The position numbers and the translations under genes are program-made. 64,000 nt of DNA from Eledone cirrhosa (lineage: Eukaryota). The notes below the pieces were generated by a model. That model was not told the origin of the DNA, did not search any database, and saw only the letters and a program-made list of their open reading frames with translations. Of the stretch, positions 48,070 through 61,313 are shown piece after piece (within the stretch, counting starts at the first letter, position 1; each line of letters starts with the position of its first letter). Location of the stretch: assembly GCA_964016885.1 (NCBI GenBank), contig OZ024743.1, forward strand, positions 318,556,001 to 318,620,000, given 5' to 3'.

Positions 48070-48964
48070 TCTATATATATAAAACTGTGGTTGTCTGTCT
48101 GTCTATCGATTTTTGGTACACATCTCCTCTTAGAATCTCTGACGGAATTGCACCGAAATTGCTATACTTGTACATTGAGCCCTAGCGAAGACATCGGAAA
48201 AAAAAATTTCAAATTGACCCACCCTATGTGACGAAATCGAATATAATGTATCGATTTTTGAGCGTAAGTTATCAGTTATTTCCCTTTGTTCTGTTTACAT
48301 TGAGCGTCTTACGTAAAAAATTACGCTGGCTTTCTCAGCGTTTAAAATGACATTAACACAATACACGAACAGTTGTCGAGCCAGCAAAATATTGACCTGC
48401 AAAATTCATCAGTTCGAACACTAAGCTTCCGTTTTGCTTCATTTCCATTTAAAAGCATTTTAAAACAATATTTTTTACTTGAAAACAAGTCTATTTAAAG
48501 ACTACGTAAAACAAGCAAATATTTCGTCGTTAGGCGTGCAGACAGACAGTCGTGCAGAGAGGTGATATACGCGTGCAGACAGATAGTCGTGCAGAGAGGT
48601 GATATAGGCGTGCAGACAGACAGTCGTGCAGAGAGGTGATATAGGCGTGCAGACAGACATAACTGATAATTTGGTTACGCTAATGTTTTTCTCTGCGTTG
48701 CAGTGTTTACATTTTCGATCTTTGTTAATAAATAACCAGTGCAGTTTCTATCCCCAGCATCCTCTTTTGTTATAACATTCGGGTTATCGTTATGTTTTCT
48801 TAACTTCATAAGGCATATTGTTGGTTGAGGGAATATTAATCAAAAACACCACATGCACGTCTGCACAGTCGACACTACAGTTTTTAAGCCAAGAAAGAAA
48901 CTTAACATTGTAACTTTAACACAGCTACTGAGCGACCCCGAGCAACGCCGGGCTTTACTGCTAG
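48070..48964 (+). mobile_element. Non-autonomous Helitron
   Basis: A|TCTATATATATAAAA 5' end, subterminal hairpin cccg agcaacgc cggg, CTAG|T 3' end. Internal ~37-bp minisatellite 48534-48658. Confidence 0.82.
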
Positions 48965-48985
48965 TATACAATATATATATATATA

Positions 48986-49021
<36 letters not shown>

Positions 49022-49024
49022 TAT

Positions 49025-49056
<32 letters not shown>

Positions 49057-49228
49057 CGTTATTCCGGGTTGAATCGGAGGTAACCACAGTAAGTAAGGTA
49101 CTCAATACATTGCAGAGTATAAAAGTTTTAATATAGATGAGATTCTACAGGACTAGAACTGTTTCATTCTTTAGAAATCACCTGATGATTTCTAAAGAAT
49201 GAAACAGTACTAGTCCTGTAGAATCTCA

Positions 49229-49237
<9 letters not shown>
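49057..49237. mobile_element. 181-bp palindromic H1 mini-element (two partial HHR copies head-to-head)
   Basis: 49057-49180 matches the reverse complement of ~2432-2555, and 49181-49237 matches 2427-2483. (TA)n on both sides. Confidence 0.88.
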
Positions 49238-49286
<49 letters not shown>

Positions 49287-49288
<2 letters not shown>

Positions 49289-49386
49289 TACTCAGCTGTA
49301 GAAATCAAGCCAGAATCAGTTCCCGTCCCACCCTTGCAAGCAGGGAAAAAGCGGACGTAAAATGAAATGATGATGATGATGATGAT
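49287..49386 (+). mobile_element. Ultra-short chimeric RTE 3' end (family C UTR piece + family B terminus + (GAT)n)
   Basis: cagctgtagaaatcaagcca..atcagttcc matches 46261-46290. cgtcccacccttgcaagc..gtaaaatga matches 45483-45523. Confidence 0.75.
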
Positions 49387-49461
<75 letters not shown>

Positions 49462-49463
<2 letters not shown>

Positions 49464-50401
49464 TAGACATGAAAAATGCGCAAGCTCAAAAGTGCCACAG
49501 AATGTTATAATAAACCTTCAAAAGTGTGGGACTAGAGTTGTTGCTAAAAAATATTGTAATCATTATATATCGTACATTCTGTGGCATCCTTTATAAAAAT
49601 AGCTTAAACCAACGAAGCCTTTATTTTTACGCTATTTCACTTAGTTAATTCTTAGAGTGTAACATATAAAAATATGATTTACAACTATAAAATAAATTAA
49701 TTAATATAATAACAGAGCTGCGGAGCTGAAATTTAGGAAATAATGGAGTATCGGATCCTGAGTTGGAGCCAGTCAATTTTTAGCCGACTCCGCAGCCCTG
49801 TATAATACATTTCATATTAAAGTTATTAATAAACCTATTTTACACTGCATGCAAATTACCATGAGATATTGATATTAGATATAAGATACAGCGCAAGTAC
49901 GAAAGCGAAGTAATAATAAGTGGCTTAAGGTAATTCCAATATGAAAGTTTGTAGTGATAAAAATTTGATAATGCAATACGATTGTTAATATTATAGTTCT
50001 ATGAAAATGTAACAATAGATAACTAAATTATTTTACTATTAGTATATTTAAGAAATTATCATTATAGATTTGATCGTTCATATAAGCATCATATTAATTT
50101 TCAACACAATTATTTTGTTACTATGAGTATATGATAATAATATTACGTAATTATTTATAGCTGTTATTACATTAAACATAGATGTATTTATTTTTATATG
50201 TTACACTCTAAGAATTAACTAAGTGAAATAGCGTAAAAATAAAGGCTTCGTTGGTTTAAGCTATTTTTATAAAGGATGCCACAGAATGTACGATATATAA
50301 TGATTACAATATTTTTTAGCAACAACTCTAGTCCCACACTTTTGAAGGTTTATTATAACATTCTGTGGCACTTTTGAGCTTGCGCATTTTTCATGTCTAG
50401 T
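49462..50401. repeat. Apparently perfect ~213-bp inverted repeat with ~515-bp spacer
   Basis: 49462-49674 is the reverse complement of 50189-50401. Each arm has an internal tgccacagaatgt/acattctgtggca pair. Confidence 0.92.
49713..49800. mobile_element. 88-bp hAT-type MITE
   Basis: TIRs cagagctgcggag / ctccgcagccctg and 8-bp TSD-like flanks tataataa / tataatac. Confidence 0.7.
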
Positions 50402-50959
50402 TTAATATTTTTTTAAGGCAACGCTTGTAATAACTCTAGTTAAACAGGATATATATTAATAATAAATTATCGTTGTAATGTAATTAGATTATGTAATTGT
50501 TATTATAAATTATCTTATAAATATTAGTGTAAGATGTATAAAAATATTTTCAGACTATTAATATAAACAACTACAAAAAAACAATCAATATTAAATCAAT
50601 ATATTATACATAATAGAAGACATAAAATAAACAATACAAATACAAAATATTTACATACAATTGCAATTATCAGTGTATATACATTTTCTTTATATTCCCT
50701 GAGCAAATTAATAAGATTTGTTTTTATTGTACATAATTTGATGACTTGTTGGTGTGTATTAAAAGATAGCAACAATTTGTGATTAAATTGTTATCTTAAG
50801 CAACTCACTTTTTAATAGTTGTTGGCTGAGCGAAATTGTAAAAGCCTATGAGCAAATATAAAAAAAAATACACAAACAACATTTCCTTGTGTTATTACAA
50901 CATTAGATAAAATAATTGAGCAATGTCGTTATATTTTGCTCTTATTGCACATTAATAGT

Positions 50960-51123
50960 GTTTCTATTTTTCGGCACAAATCCATTACGGCAGTCCATTA
51001 CTGGTACTTTATTTTATCGAATTAGTAAGTATGAAAGTCGAAGTTAACCTCGGCAGGATTTGAACTTAGAATGCAAAGGACCATAACAATACTGCAAAGC
51101 ATGGTGTCTGACGCTCTACCAAT
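50960..51123 (-). mobile_element. tRNA-derived SINE (Meta-domain-like core), decayed
   Basis: actggtactttattttatcga...gttaacctcggcaggatttgaac, the same family as 62550-63200. Confidence 0.75.
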
Positions 51124-51625
51124 ACTTGTGTTGAGCTGGTCATTAATTTATGGTGGTCGTGCGTGGAGTAGAGCAATCGCTAGTTGAAATATTATGAACA
51201 AAACATTTTTATTTGCCGAAGAACATATTTTCAATACTGTTTGTGAATGTGACGAAGGAAATACATTCTGATATGGAACAGTGTACAAAGTGTGTCTGTG
51301 AATAACATAATGTTACCTCATGTTGTTGTCAAGACATAATGGATTTCGTTTATCCAGTTAGAAGATGAAACCTAGCCATCTCGGATTAGTTATATTTCAT
51401 GCCATGTGTAAACGTGTTTGAGGATAGCAAAATATGCGTGTTTCTTGTCTGGAAACTTTCTGCTAAACAAATTTGTTTCAGTATATATTTAATATAATAT
51501 TAATATATTTTGTAATATTATTAACTAATTATTATAATTAGCGCTTCAGGCTTTGTCTATATACTGAAACAAATTTGTAAGTCATTACCTAATTAAACTC
51601 TTTGCTTGAAATTTTATCATTCTTC

Positions 51626-51698
<73 letters not shown>

Positions 51699-52312
51699 TT
51701 TATCTAGTCCTTCGCTCAAGATTAATCTATAAGTTTAGATGTCTGCCTTCGTTTAAGTAAATATTACAGTAAGATTTTTAATATAAACAACTACAAAAAA
51801 CAATTAATATTAAAACGAAAAAATTATCAATGATAAAAGAAGCGGATGCAACTTTTTTTTTTATAAAGTTATATTCCTGTTTCTTTAAAGAACATTTCAT
51901 TTTTGTTCTATTGTAGGCGAAATAATGCAATGGTTTAATAGGGAAGATATAACTTACCAATTATGTCTCTAACCGTGTAACGCTTTTTAAGTAGATAACT
52001 ACAATTGAAAATACTAAAGAAATGGAACCAACAATTCAATTTGAAAGTCGTCTACTTATAGTGACAGTGTATTACTGGTACTTTATTTTATCGACCCCGT
52101 AACGATGAAATGCAAATGCTTAAAATTTAAATTGCCTTAATTCTATCGTCTGCTGTTTCATTAAAGGGAGATTCTCGTCTGTATTTAATTCTATCGTCTA
52201 CTGTTCCACTAAACAGATATACCTCCACTATCGTCTCGATTTATACATTTTAACTTATAACTTATACACATTTGATTTGAAATATTTTATCTAGTCCCCC
52301 CTCTCAATATTA

Positions 52313-52357
52313 TGATGATTTCTTTCGAATGAAACAGTTCTAGTCCTGTAGAAGCCA
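52313..52357 (+). ncRNA. Degenerate H1-like hammerhead (related copy 56724-56768 on the minus strand)
   Basis: tgatga tttctttcgaat GAAA cag ttctagtc ctg TA gaagcc, with the 5' stem lost. The 56.7-kb copy has GAAA>AAAA. Confidence 0.55.
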
Positions 52358-53027
52358 TTTATATATATAATTGAACTGAGTTAAAAATTCACAATATTTA
52401 TAATTAAATAAGCTCATATATATATGTGTGTATTTATCTGTTTATTGTATTATATATAATGTGTGTATATACAGGATGTCCCTCCAAAATATATACACAC
52501 TTCAACAGCATTCTAATAACTATTGCCTGTACAGGTAATCAAAGTGTCAATCGAATGTTAGTTTCGTGTTTTAACAGTACAAATTTACAATACACACATA
52601 AAACCAGTGTATATACATACATGAGTGTGTATACACATACATGAATGTGTATATACAATATATATGTATATATATATAGACACATATATTCACGGTGCAA
52701 CGGAACATTAAAATATAGATGCGGGAGGGGGGGGGGGGTGTATATATATAGGGGCGCTGGGGATAAAGGAGTGTAAAGCGTGTGTAATTGATATATTGAA
52801 GGAGAGGAGCGTGCAGCGATAGAGTAACAAATATATAGAGAGGGGGAGAGATGGTATTGAAGGGGAGGAGTGCAAAGAGTAAGAGAGAGATATATAGAGA
52901 CGGAACAGATAGAGAGAAACAGGCGTAAGTAACAGTGGAAGAGATATATAGAGAGGGGGAAATGTGTTATTGAAGGGGAGGAGTGTAAAGCGAAAGCGTA
53001 AGATATATATAGAGAGAGGGGGAATAG

Positions 53028-53082
<55 letters not shown>

Positions 53083-53347
53083 ACACTTACTCTGATTGGT
53101 TGAAAATTAGCCAATGACATACGATCACCACCACCACGGCTATCCCCGAAAAATTTATGAAGAAGCTAGGCATATATGTTAGAACACGAAAAGTGAACAT
53201 TCTGTTGTTTCACACTTTTCGTGTTCTAACAGATATATATATATATATACAATATATATATATATATATATAGTTAAATATTAGACAGGAACAAAAAGGA
53301 GAGGCAGTACAAATGGTAGTTTATTAAGTTCATGCTTTTGAGAATAT

Positions 53348-54600
53348 ATCATCATCATTTTACATCTACTTTTCACTGCTTGCAATGGTGGGACAGGTCC
53401 TATTTAGCACAGCATCTCTCCACTTGTCACAGTCCTTCGTCATCTCCGCCGTGAGCTTCAGTGATCTGAGGTCTGCTCTCACCACCTCCACCCATGTTTT
53501 CTTGGTCTTCTTCTACTGCATCTTCCTTCTACTAGGATTTCTTGGCACTTCTTTACCCAGCGGTCATCCTCCATGCACATCACATGTCCATACCATCACA
53601 ATTTTCTCACCCGCACACTACAACTTATTCCTCTTATACGCAGTTTCTCTTTCAACTCATCTATACTTGGTCGTTTACGCACATTGACATTCCACATCCA
53701 ACGGAGCTTGCTTGCTTCATTTCTCTCCAGCCATTGCATATCCTCTGCAGTTGCTGCCCATGTCTCACTACCATGCAGTATCGCGCATCTCACACAGGCA
53801 TCATATAACCAGCCTTTCATATGCAGGGAGAAACCCTTCTTTGTCAACAGAGGAAGCAGCTCCCTAAACTTCTTCCAACCTGTCCTTATTCTAGATACAA
53901 TGGCCTCAGAACACCCCTACCTCCCATGCTAATCTGATCACCTAGGTACCGGAAGCTATCAACCACTTCTATAGAACCCACCTGAATTTGAAAAAGATGT
54001 CTATCACAGCGACTTCTACTGTCAAATTTCCCTGTACATCTACTGCATGCGTAATTTTCCCTGCCAGTTAGTTTGCCTGCTATCCCACTACATCTCTTGT
54101 GTACCCAAAATCTGCATTGTGTACATTTTATAGAATTTATGTCAGTTCCTTTTCTACATATCGAACATGGTCATTTCCCTGATGGAAACAGAGTTTTGTC
54201 CTCTTTTCTACTTATCAACACTTTTGTCTTATTTATATTCACTCTCAGTCCTCTTGATTCCAACTGCTGTTTCCATAGCCAGAATTTATTCTGTAGCTCC
54301 TCTACTGATTCTGCTATAAGAACCAGATCATCAGCATAGAGAAGTTCCCACAGGGCAACCAGTCTTAAACTCCTCTGTTATGGCTTGGAGGACTATAATG
54401 AACAAGAGCGAGCTGAGGACCGAACCCTGATGTACTCCTACTTGTATCTGGAATTCCTCACTAAACTCCATTCCTACTCTCACTTTACTGACAGCACCTC
54501 TGTACATAGCTTGCACTGTCCTCACAAGCCATTCCTCTACATCTAGTTTCCTTAGGGACCACCAGATGACAGATCGGGGTACCCTATCAAAGGCCTTCTT
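53348..54600 (-). mobile_element. RTE LINE family B, copy 3 (more diverged)
   Basis: RT fragments 54331-54600 and 53596-53847. (CAT)n tail at ~53348. Confidence 0.9.
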
Positions 54601-54631
54601 TCTCTCTCTATATATATACAATATATATATA

Positions 54632-55765
54632 TAATGAAAATAAAAGTTACGGGCGAAAGAGGGCAATATCCATCGTCAGTTGTCTGCTAGGAATCATAGG
54701 TATTTCTTCGCGTTAGAGACAAGATACTTCAGCCTAGGGCGAACTATAACTAAAATAAATTATTGGGATAAAAAAAGGGGGAAGAAAGATAAAAAAAATG
54801 TAAACAGACACGAAGGGTGAAGCAACGAATAGAGAGGAAAAATATCAAGTCAACAACTCATTTTGAACATAAGTTCTGGCGGGTTTGATGAGAAAAAAAG
54901 ACACATCTTCACTGTAGCCGTGTGAGTGAGAGAAGAGACTGCTTACAGTGGCAGGCGGGGGAGGAAGTGAGCTAGCAGAGAGAGGGTGACTAGCAGAGAA
55001 GGAGTGAGTGAAAGTAAGAGGAAGCGAGAAAGAGATAGTTATAGTGACAGGCTAGCCGAGAGGTGACTAGCAGAGGGGGTGAGCAAAAGTAAGAGGGAGA
55101 AGGAGAGAGAAGGGAGAGAGAGAAGATAGAGAGAGATAGGAATCATAGGTATTTCTTCACGTTAGAGACAAGATACCTCAGTCTAGGGCGAACAATAACT
55201 AAAATAAGTTATTGGGATAAAAAAGAGGGGAGAGAGAGAAAAAAAATGTAAACAGACACGAAGTGTGAAGCAACGAAACGCGAAGAAATACCTATGATTC
55301 CTAGCAGACAACTGACGATGGATATTGCCCTCTTTCACCTGTAACTTTTATTTTCATTATACTTAATTGCAACCACACAGGTTGCCATTTTATTCTTATA
55401 AGTTTCCTTCTCCGCTGCGAAACCATCTATTTTTTCTCCCCTTGTTGCTATCTTCTCTCTCCCCCTTCTCTCTCCTTCTCCCTCTTACTTTCGCTCACCC
55501 CCTCTGCTAGTCACCTCTCGGCTAGCCTGTCGCTATAACTATCTCTTTCTCGCTTCCTCTTACTTTCACTCACTCCTTCTCTGCTAGTCACCCTCTCTCT
55601 GCTAGCTCACTTCCTCCCTCGTCTGCCACTGTAAGCAGTCTCTTCTCTCACTCACACGGCTACAGTGAAGATGTGTCTTTTTTTCTCATCAAACCTGCCA
55701 GAACTTATGTTCAAAATGAGTTGTTGACTTGATATTTTTCCTCTCTATTCGTTGCTTCACCCTTC
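54632..55765. repeat. Complex direct + inverted non-coding element
   Basis: 54632-54713 is inverted at 55277-55360. ~54687-54827 is repeated at ~55137-55276. ~54815-55130 is inverted at ~55445-55763. The left end abuts a TA run. Confidence 0.85.
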
Positions 55766-56883
55766 TGGACTAAATTAGAATTCTAATTTGAAACGGCTTG
55801 ACCTCTGCCGTCGGGGTCATACTTTTCCTATATATATATATATGTATCTGAAACATTCACACTATACACCTTTACTACCAATACATATTATACACATATA
55901 CTACCACCACTCTTTCACCCCATACAACTTCCATTCTTTGTGCATGACACACTGCCTCTCCTTTGACCACTTCCTGATATAGCCCAGCTTTGGTCCCCTG
56001 CATGCTGGTATGACCCCACGTCAAGGATTTTTACAAAACACCATTCATATACACAGATCAACTATCACACAAAAACTCACCAACATGCTAATGTATATAT
56101 ATGTATATATATGTGCTAGTATATATAGATGTGCGTAAAGATTCCACAATAACACACATGTACACACATGCACATAAAAAAACACAAAACATATCTCAGA
56201 GAGTCACATGTATACACACATACAAACGTGCACATGCATACACAAAAACTACATTAAAAAGTTACACATAAACATACATATGTACATACGTCTACACACA
56301 TAATCATATACACATTTGCACGTGCATACACACACACAAACAAAAAATACATTAAAAAATTCACAGACACACATCCATCAAGGATACACAAACCACACAC
56401 ACAGAAGCAATAATGCACACCCATGGTATGCATTTCATCTGCACAAACATACTAACACCCATGACATACCTTACCTCAGCTCCGAATGCTGAACTACTCT
56501 GTCCAACCTTCTTCAAACATTTTTTTCTTAAACTCCAATGTTCTAACTTTTGCTCTCTCTCTGAACACTCCATTTCCCAAAGAAAGCCTTATATCCAACA
56601 CATTGAAATCCTCATTCACTTCTCCCTAAGCATGAAACTAATAAGACTTTGTATTTTTGCATATCTATGTTTGTCTTCTCTATTCTTGAACTATATGTGT
56701 ATATTTATATATAGAGAGAAATGGCTTCTACAGGACTAGAACTGTTTTATTTGAAAGAAATCATCAGGAGTAAACCATTCGACGACATGTACAAATCCAA
56801 ATTAGTTTTGCATGTCAAAAAAAGAGTATATACACAGTAAATAATAGTGAAGGCCATATGAAGTTCTGCATAAATTATTTAAT

Positions 56884-56960
56884 TATTATACATATTTCTC
56901 CGGGGTGATTGATTAGGTGGTGTAATCACCATATAACCATCGGTCTGAGTTCATCAGATA
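56884..56960 (-). ncRNA. Decayed hammerhead-like motif
   Basis: Reverse complement tat-CTGATGA-long stem II (ggtgatt/aatcacc)-GAAA-tatgta-TA-ata. Pairing at the base of stem II is weak. Confidence 0.4.
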
Positions 56961-57129
56961 GCATTTTGGAGATAAAAACAAGTAACTTCTATAGTTTATT
57001 GACAAAAGGGCCATCATAGAGCATGTTCACATCTAGTTATATATATAGTTTGAGAATTGACAAGACAAATCTTCAAATGCAAAAACCCAACTCTAATAAG
57101 TTTTAGCTCGTTTGGCTCAGACCATACCT

Positions 57130-57715
57130 AACTTAATAGCACCATCTGGGGAAATATTTCAGATTATGGGTTCACAATGTAGTTATTTTTTGGACACTGT
57201 GGCCTACTCAAGTAAATCTGGGATTTAGAGGAATTTGTCTAGGAAACTTTTGAATATGAGATTTTTTTCTGTCTTGATGTATTTTAGTATGATATTAAAG
57301 AGAGCAGGACCAGTTGAAGTGAAGTAGTCGTGTGATATTGTTGCTATGAGATACGAGTTGGATTTTTGTAGTGGGCAGATAACATGGGGACCAAGCCGTG
57401 GGTTGATTTTAAAGTTGATGCCAACATCATGTGGGCAATATTGATGAAATATTTTCCACATCATACAGATGATGAGACACTCACAGCAGTGTTGGAGAGA
57501 ATAGAGTTTGAGTTTTTCCAGTTGACCCCAATAGTCAAGGCCTGTCATGCCATCTATCTTTTTTGTAATTGGAGTGCTTCAGTTTTCATAATATTTTGTT
57601 TTGTATGGGGAGACCACAGTGGACAACAGTATTCAAGTTCAGGCTAGGCAAAAGTAAAGAGAAGGATTATAGTGTGGATGTCTCTCAACTGGAAAGTTCT
57701 GAGAATCGTTGTCAA
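57130..57715 (-). mobile_element. Old CR1/L2-group LINE 3' fragment
   Basis: LEYCCPLWSP and YWGQLEKLKLYSLQ..MWKI..FKSFLDKFL resemble the CR1-group ORF2 C-terminus. Confidence 0.7.
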
Positions 57716-58820
57716 CAATTACCAACAGCTAACCAGGGTGGCCATAGGCATAAGAAATGGCCTTAACTATGCCAACCTATTTATTGGCTATGTTGTGGCT
57801 CAAATATTTGCTCAATACACTGGCCTCATCCCCAAGCTATACAGTTGTTATATTGATGACTGTATTGGTGCCACCTCATTCAACTGAGAACAGCATAACT
57901 CCTTTCTCTCTTTCCTCTGCTCCCTCCACCCTGCACTTGACTTCACCACTTCCATCTCCACAACCTCCATTCTCTTCCTGGACATCTACTTCATTGACCA
58001 CTCCACCTTCTTTAGACCTATGGACTACCATTCCTTCCTCAACTTCACCTCATCTCACCCAACCTACACCAAACACTCCATCCCTACTTCCAATTCCTCT
58101 AGCTCTGCCGTCTATGCAGCCAAATTCATGATTTTGAGGCTCAGGCCCATTAGGTAGGGCACTTTACTTGGTGAGGTTACCCCCTCCCTGGTCCATGCCA
58201 CTTTAACCTGAATCCGTGAAGTTGACTGCACCACCACCCTTTCCCCATGCCATTGGCCTCCCCACCAACGGACTCCCACCTCTTCACCTTGCCCCTCCAG
58301 AGGATGGTCCTTCGATTTGCAGTCGGATCCTTCCACTATCTTCCACCTCCCACCCTTCCTTCTTTCAAGCATGCATGCAAGCTCTGAAACCTCCTCATCT
58401 GCAACTCCTCCCCTCCCTCAATTTCCCTCCCTGATCCTCCTTTGCTTCTGACCCTGCTGCCGCACTTGCAATTACATCCAACACCCCCATCCGCCATGGG
58501 CCCAATGGCCAATCCTTCTGAGTCTGGTACCTCTTCTGCTGCACTTCCTCTAGTCTTGTCTACGGGTTCTGTTGCATGCTATGTGGAGCTGTCTACATCG
58601 GACAAACTGGGTGTTGACTGGCAGACTGATTCGGTGATCACCTCTGGTTCTGAAACTGGTCCCTGGCCACCTAACATTTCTGCTTCACCAGACACTACAC
58701 ACACAACCTCCCTGTTGCCTTATCACATGCTCTGGGGCCACAGATATTAGCAGCACACTATTATTTTTCTCCAGACCTGGACCACAAATGGTCTAAATTC
58801 TCCACCCCTCTTCCTTTAAC
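57716..58820 (+). mobile_element. Decayed Penelope-like RT + GIY-YIG fragment
   Basis: YQQLTRVAIG..NYANLFIG..YIDDC, and FCCTSSSLVY..CMLCGAVYIGQTG near 58534-58610. Confidence 0.75.
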
Positions 58821-58984
58821 CTTGCTCATCACTCCCCCCACATACCAACAAATGCTCTATTTCTTCAACAACATACCCATACACACCAGCACAACCAATT
58901 TACCAGTTAACCCCATGTTCCCTCCTACACTTTAGCCCTACTCATGGTACTAACTAATGGAGCACACCACCCACCATTAATACT

Positions 58985-59350
58985 ACACCCTGCTACATGG
59001 CAGTGAAACATGGGCATGACCACAGAAGTCCTGTGAAGGCTAGAAAGAAATGAAGTGAGTATGTGTCATTGGAAGCATAATGTCAATGTATATGAACGAT
59101 GTAGAATAAGTGAACTGAGAAAAAATCTCAGTGTAAGAGGAATTGCATGTAGTGAGCAAGACTGCACGGGAATGAACATGTGATTCTTATGGAAGATAGT
59201 AACGGTGTAAAGAGATGCAGAGAAATTCCAGTGGCTGGGACCTGTGGAAGAGACAGACCCTGGAAAACTTGGGGTGAGGTAGTGAAGACTGACCCTAAGA
59301 AGATAAACATCACAACAAAGATAACTGAGGACCATGAGGGCTGGTGCTAT
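58985..59350 (+). mobile_element. Old RTE 3' fragment
   Basis: LHGSETW, LERNE and GRDRPWKTWGEVV remnants. Confidence 0.7.
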
Positions 59351-61272
59351 GGTGGTGAAACTCAGCCACCAGCATAAATGTGACCTGACCCATTACTACA
59401 CTCCCCATCTCCATCCCATCCATGTCCCCACCCTAGTATTACTTTTTAGCCATTTCTCCTCTTCCTATTGCACCTTAGTTGCTATCTATCTCCTTTGCCA
59501 CTCTTCAGTCACTTGCCCCCACCCCTAAAGTCTGTAGATACTCCCCTCTATTCCACCTACTTCCCCAACCCTAGAGCACCTCCCCCCTGCCAATTCCTCT
59601 ACCTCCTCTGTTACCCTCCATTTCTTAACTATTCTCTGCATCACAACACTGCCCTTCCCCCCACTGGTAACCATACCTCCACCACTATCACAACTTAGAT
59701 ATTCTCACCATCTCTAAGAACCCCTATGTTATCAGAGTACACTTCTCCTGTTCATTACCCTATCAAGTGAGAAAGAGAATAATTAATTGTGTGGTAGTGG
59801 AATGGACATGGGTTGGATGGGGGTACGTAGGGGTGGGGAGGGTAGCTATCAGTGTATGATAGTGAGGGTATGTAAGGGTTTTAGAGTAAGGGAGGAGTAG
59901 CTAAAATGATACAGGAGAGGATATGGATTAGGTGAGCAGTGGTGGTGAAGAGTGCTAGCAGAAGGCAGGGGCTTTGGGAGGGACCTGGTCACATTTATGC
60001 TGGTAGCCATCATGGCATTGCACCAGTCCTCATGATCCTCTGTCATCTCTGTTGTGAGGTTTAGTTTTTTAAGGTTGGTCTTCACTACCTCATCCTAAAT
60101 TTCCCAGGGTCTATTTCTTCCATGGATCCCAGCCACTGGAATTTCTCTGCATCTCTCTCTATATATATCTTTCTCTGTGCACCCCCACCCTATCTGTGCA
60201 CCCACCTCTGCCACACTTTATATATTCTCACCATTCCCTTACACTGATTACCCTGTGAAATCCCACTACACCCCCCCTACATTTGGGGCTATAACTGAAT
60301 CACTCTAGTGCTGGTGCCACGAAAATGTACCTAGTACCCTCTGTAAAGCAGTTGGTGATAGGAAGGGTATCCTACTGTAGAAACCATGTCAAAAAGGGAT
60401 GAAAGGACCCTTCAGTTGTGTCAACAATGCAAAACCCTCTCTAGTATTGGTGACCTACACGATAAAAACACCCAGTACATGATGTAAAGTGGTTGGTGAT
60501 AGGCAACCTTGACAAACAAAGTTGGGAAGACTTTTCAGTTGATCAAAGGCATGAAAACCACCCTAGTGCTGGTGTCATGATACAATGCTCCCACTCCAAC
60601 TATATATATATCATCATCATCATTTAACAATATATAAGAGCAAGAAAGGCTGGCCCCAGGATTGTGTACGATGGCGGAGGGATGTCAATGGCCCATGCTG
60701 CACAGAGAGCGATGGGGCTGAATGAATGATATACATATATATGTATGCATATGATTCCACCTTCCTTGGTCAACCATACCAGCTTTGACAGTGGGACGCT
60801 TCCTCTTCCTTCTTTATTGCAGCTTACCTCACCCTCACAAACCATGCTGTGAGGTGGTTGGTGTTAGGAAGGACATCCATCTATAGAGGCCCAGAATTGA
60901 TTGTATGAGCAACACACAGTCATCTGACCTGTCTTGTCTCAGAACATGTCTGTCTTGTGTTAGCATTTAAAATTGATGTTACACATTCATGATGATAATG
61001 ATGATGATGATGATATATATATATACACACACAGATTCATGACATGTCACTTTCTCTCCCACAGTGCCACAATGAAAAGTACCCAGCCCACTCTGTAAAG
61101 AGGTTAACATTAGGAAGGTGTCTAACCATAGAAAACCAAACCCCAAAACAGTTCATATGAGCAAAGTGTTGTCACCTGATCTGTTTAGCTACAATGTGAC
61201 AACTCCATCTAACCCATGCATGCATGAAAAATAGACACCATATGTATACATGTATGTGTGAGTGTGTGGGCA

Positions 61273-61309
<37 letters not shown>

Positions 61310-61313
<4 letters not shown>

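Noticed and set aside
51465-51582. Inverted GAAA-caaatttg-TH motifs
   Set aside because: Only a half hammerhead. There is no convincing CUGANGA with stems I and II.
47520-52500. Host exons or genes in the non-repetitive stretches
   Set aside because: Only short ORFs with no recognisable domains. Small exons cannot be excluded without transcript data.
53177-53231. Small palindrome tgttagaacacgaaaagtg / cacttttcgtgttctaaca
   Set aside because: Real but isolated. It has no HHR core or second copy to interpret.
60640-60730. 3' end of another LINE ending in tgaatga
   Set aside because: The peptide resembles an RTE C-terminus, but ~90 nt is too short to support a call.
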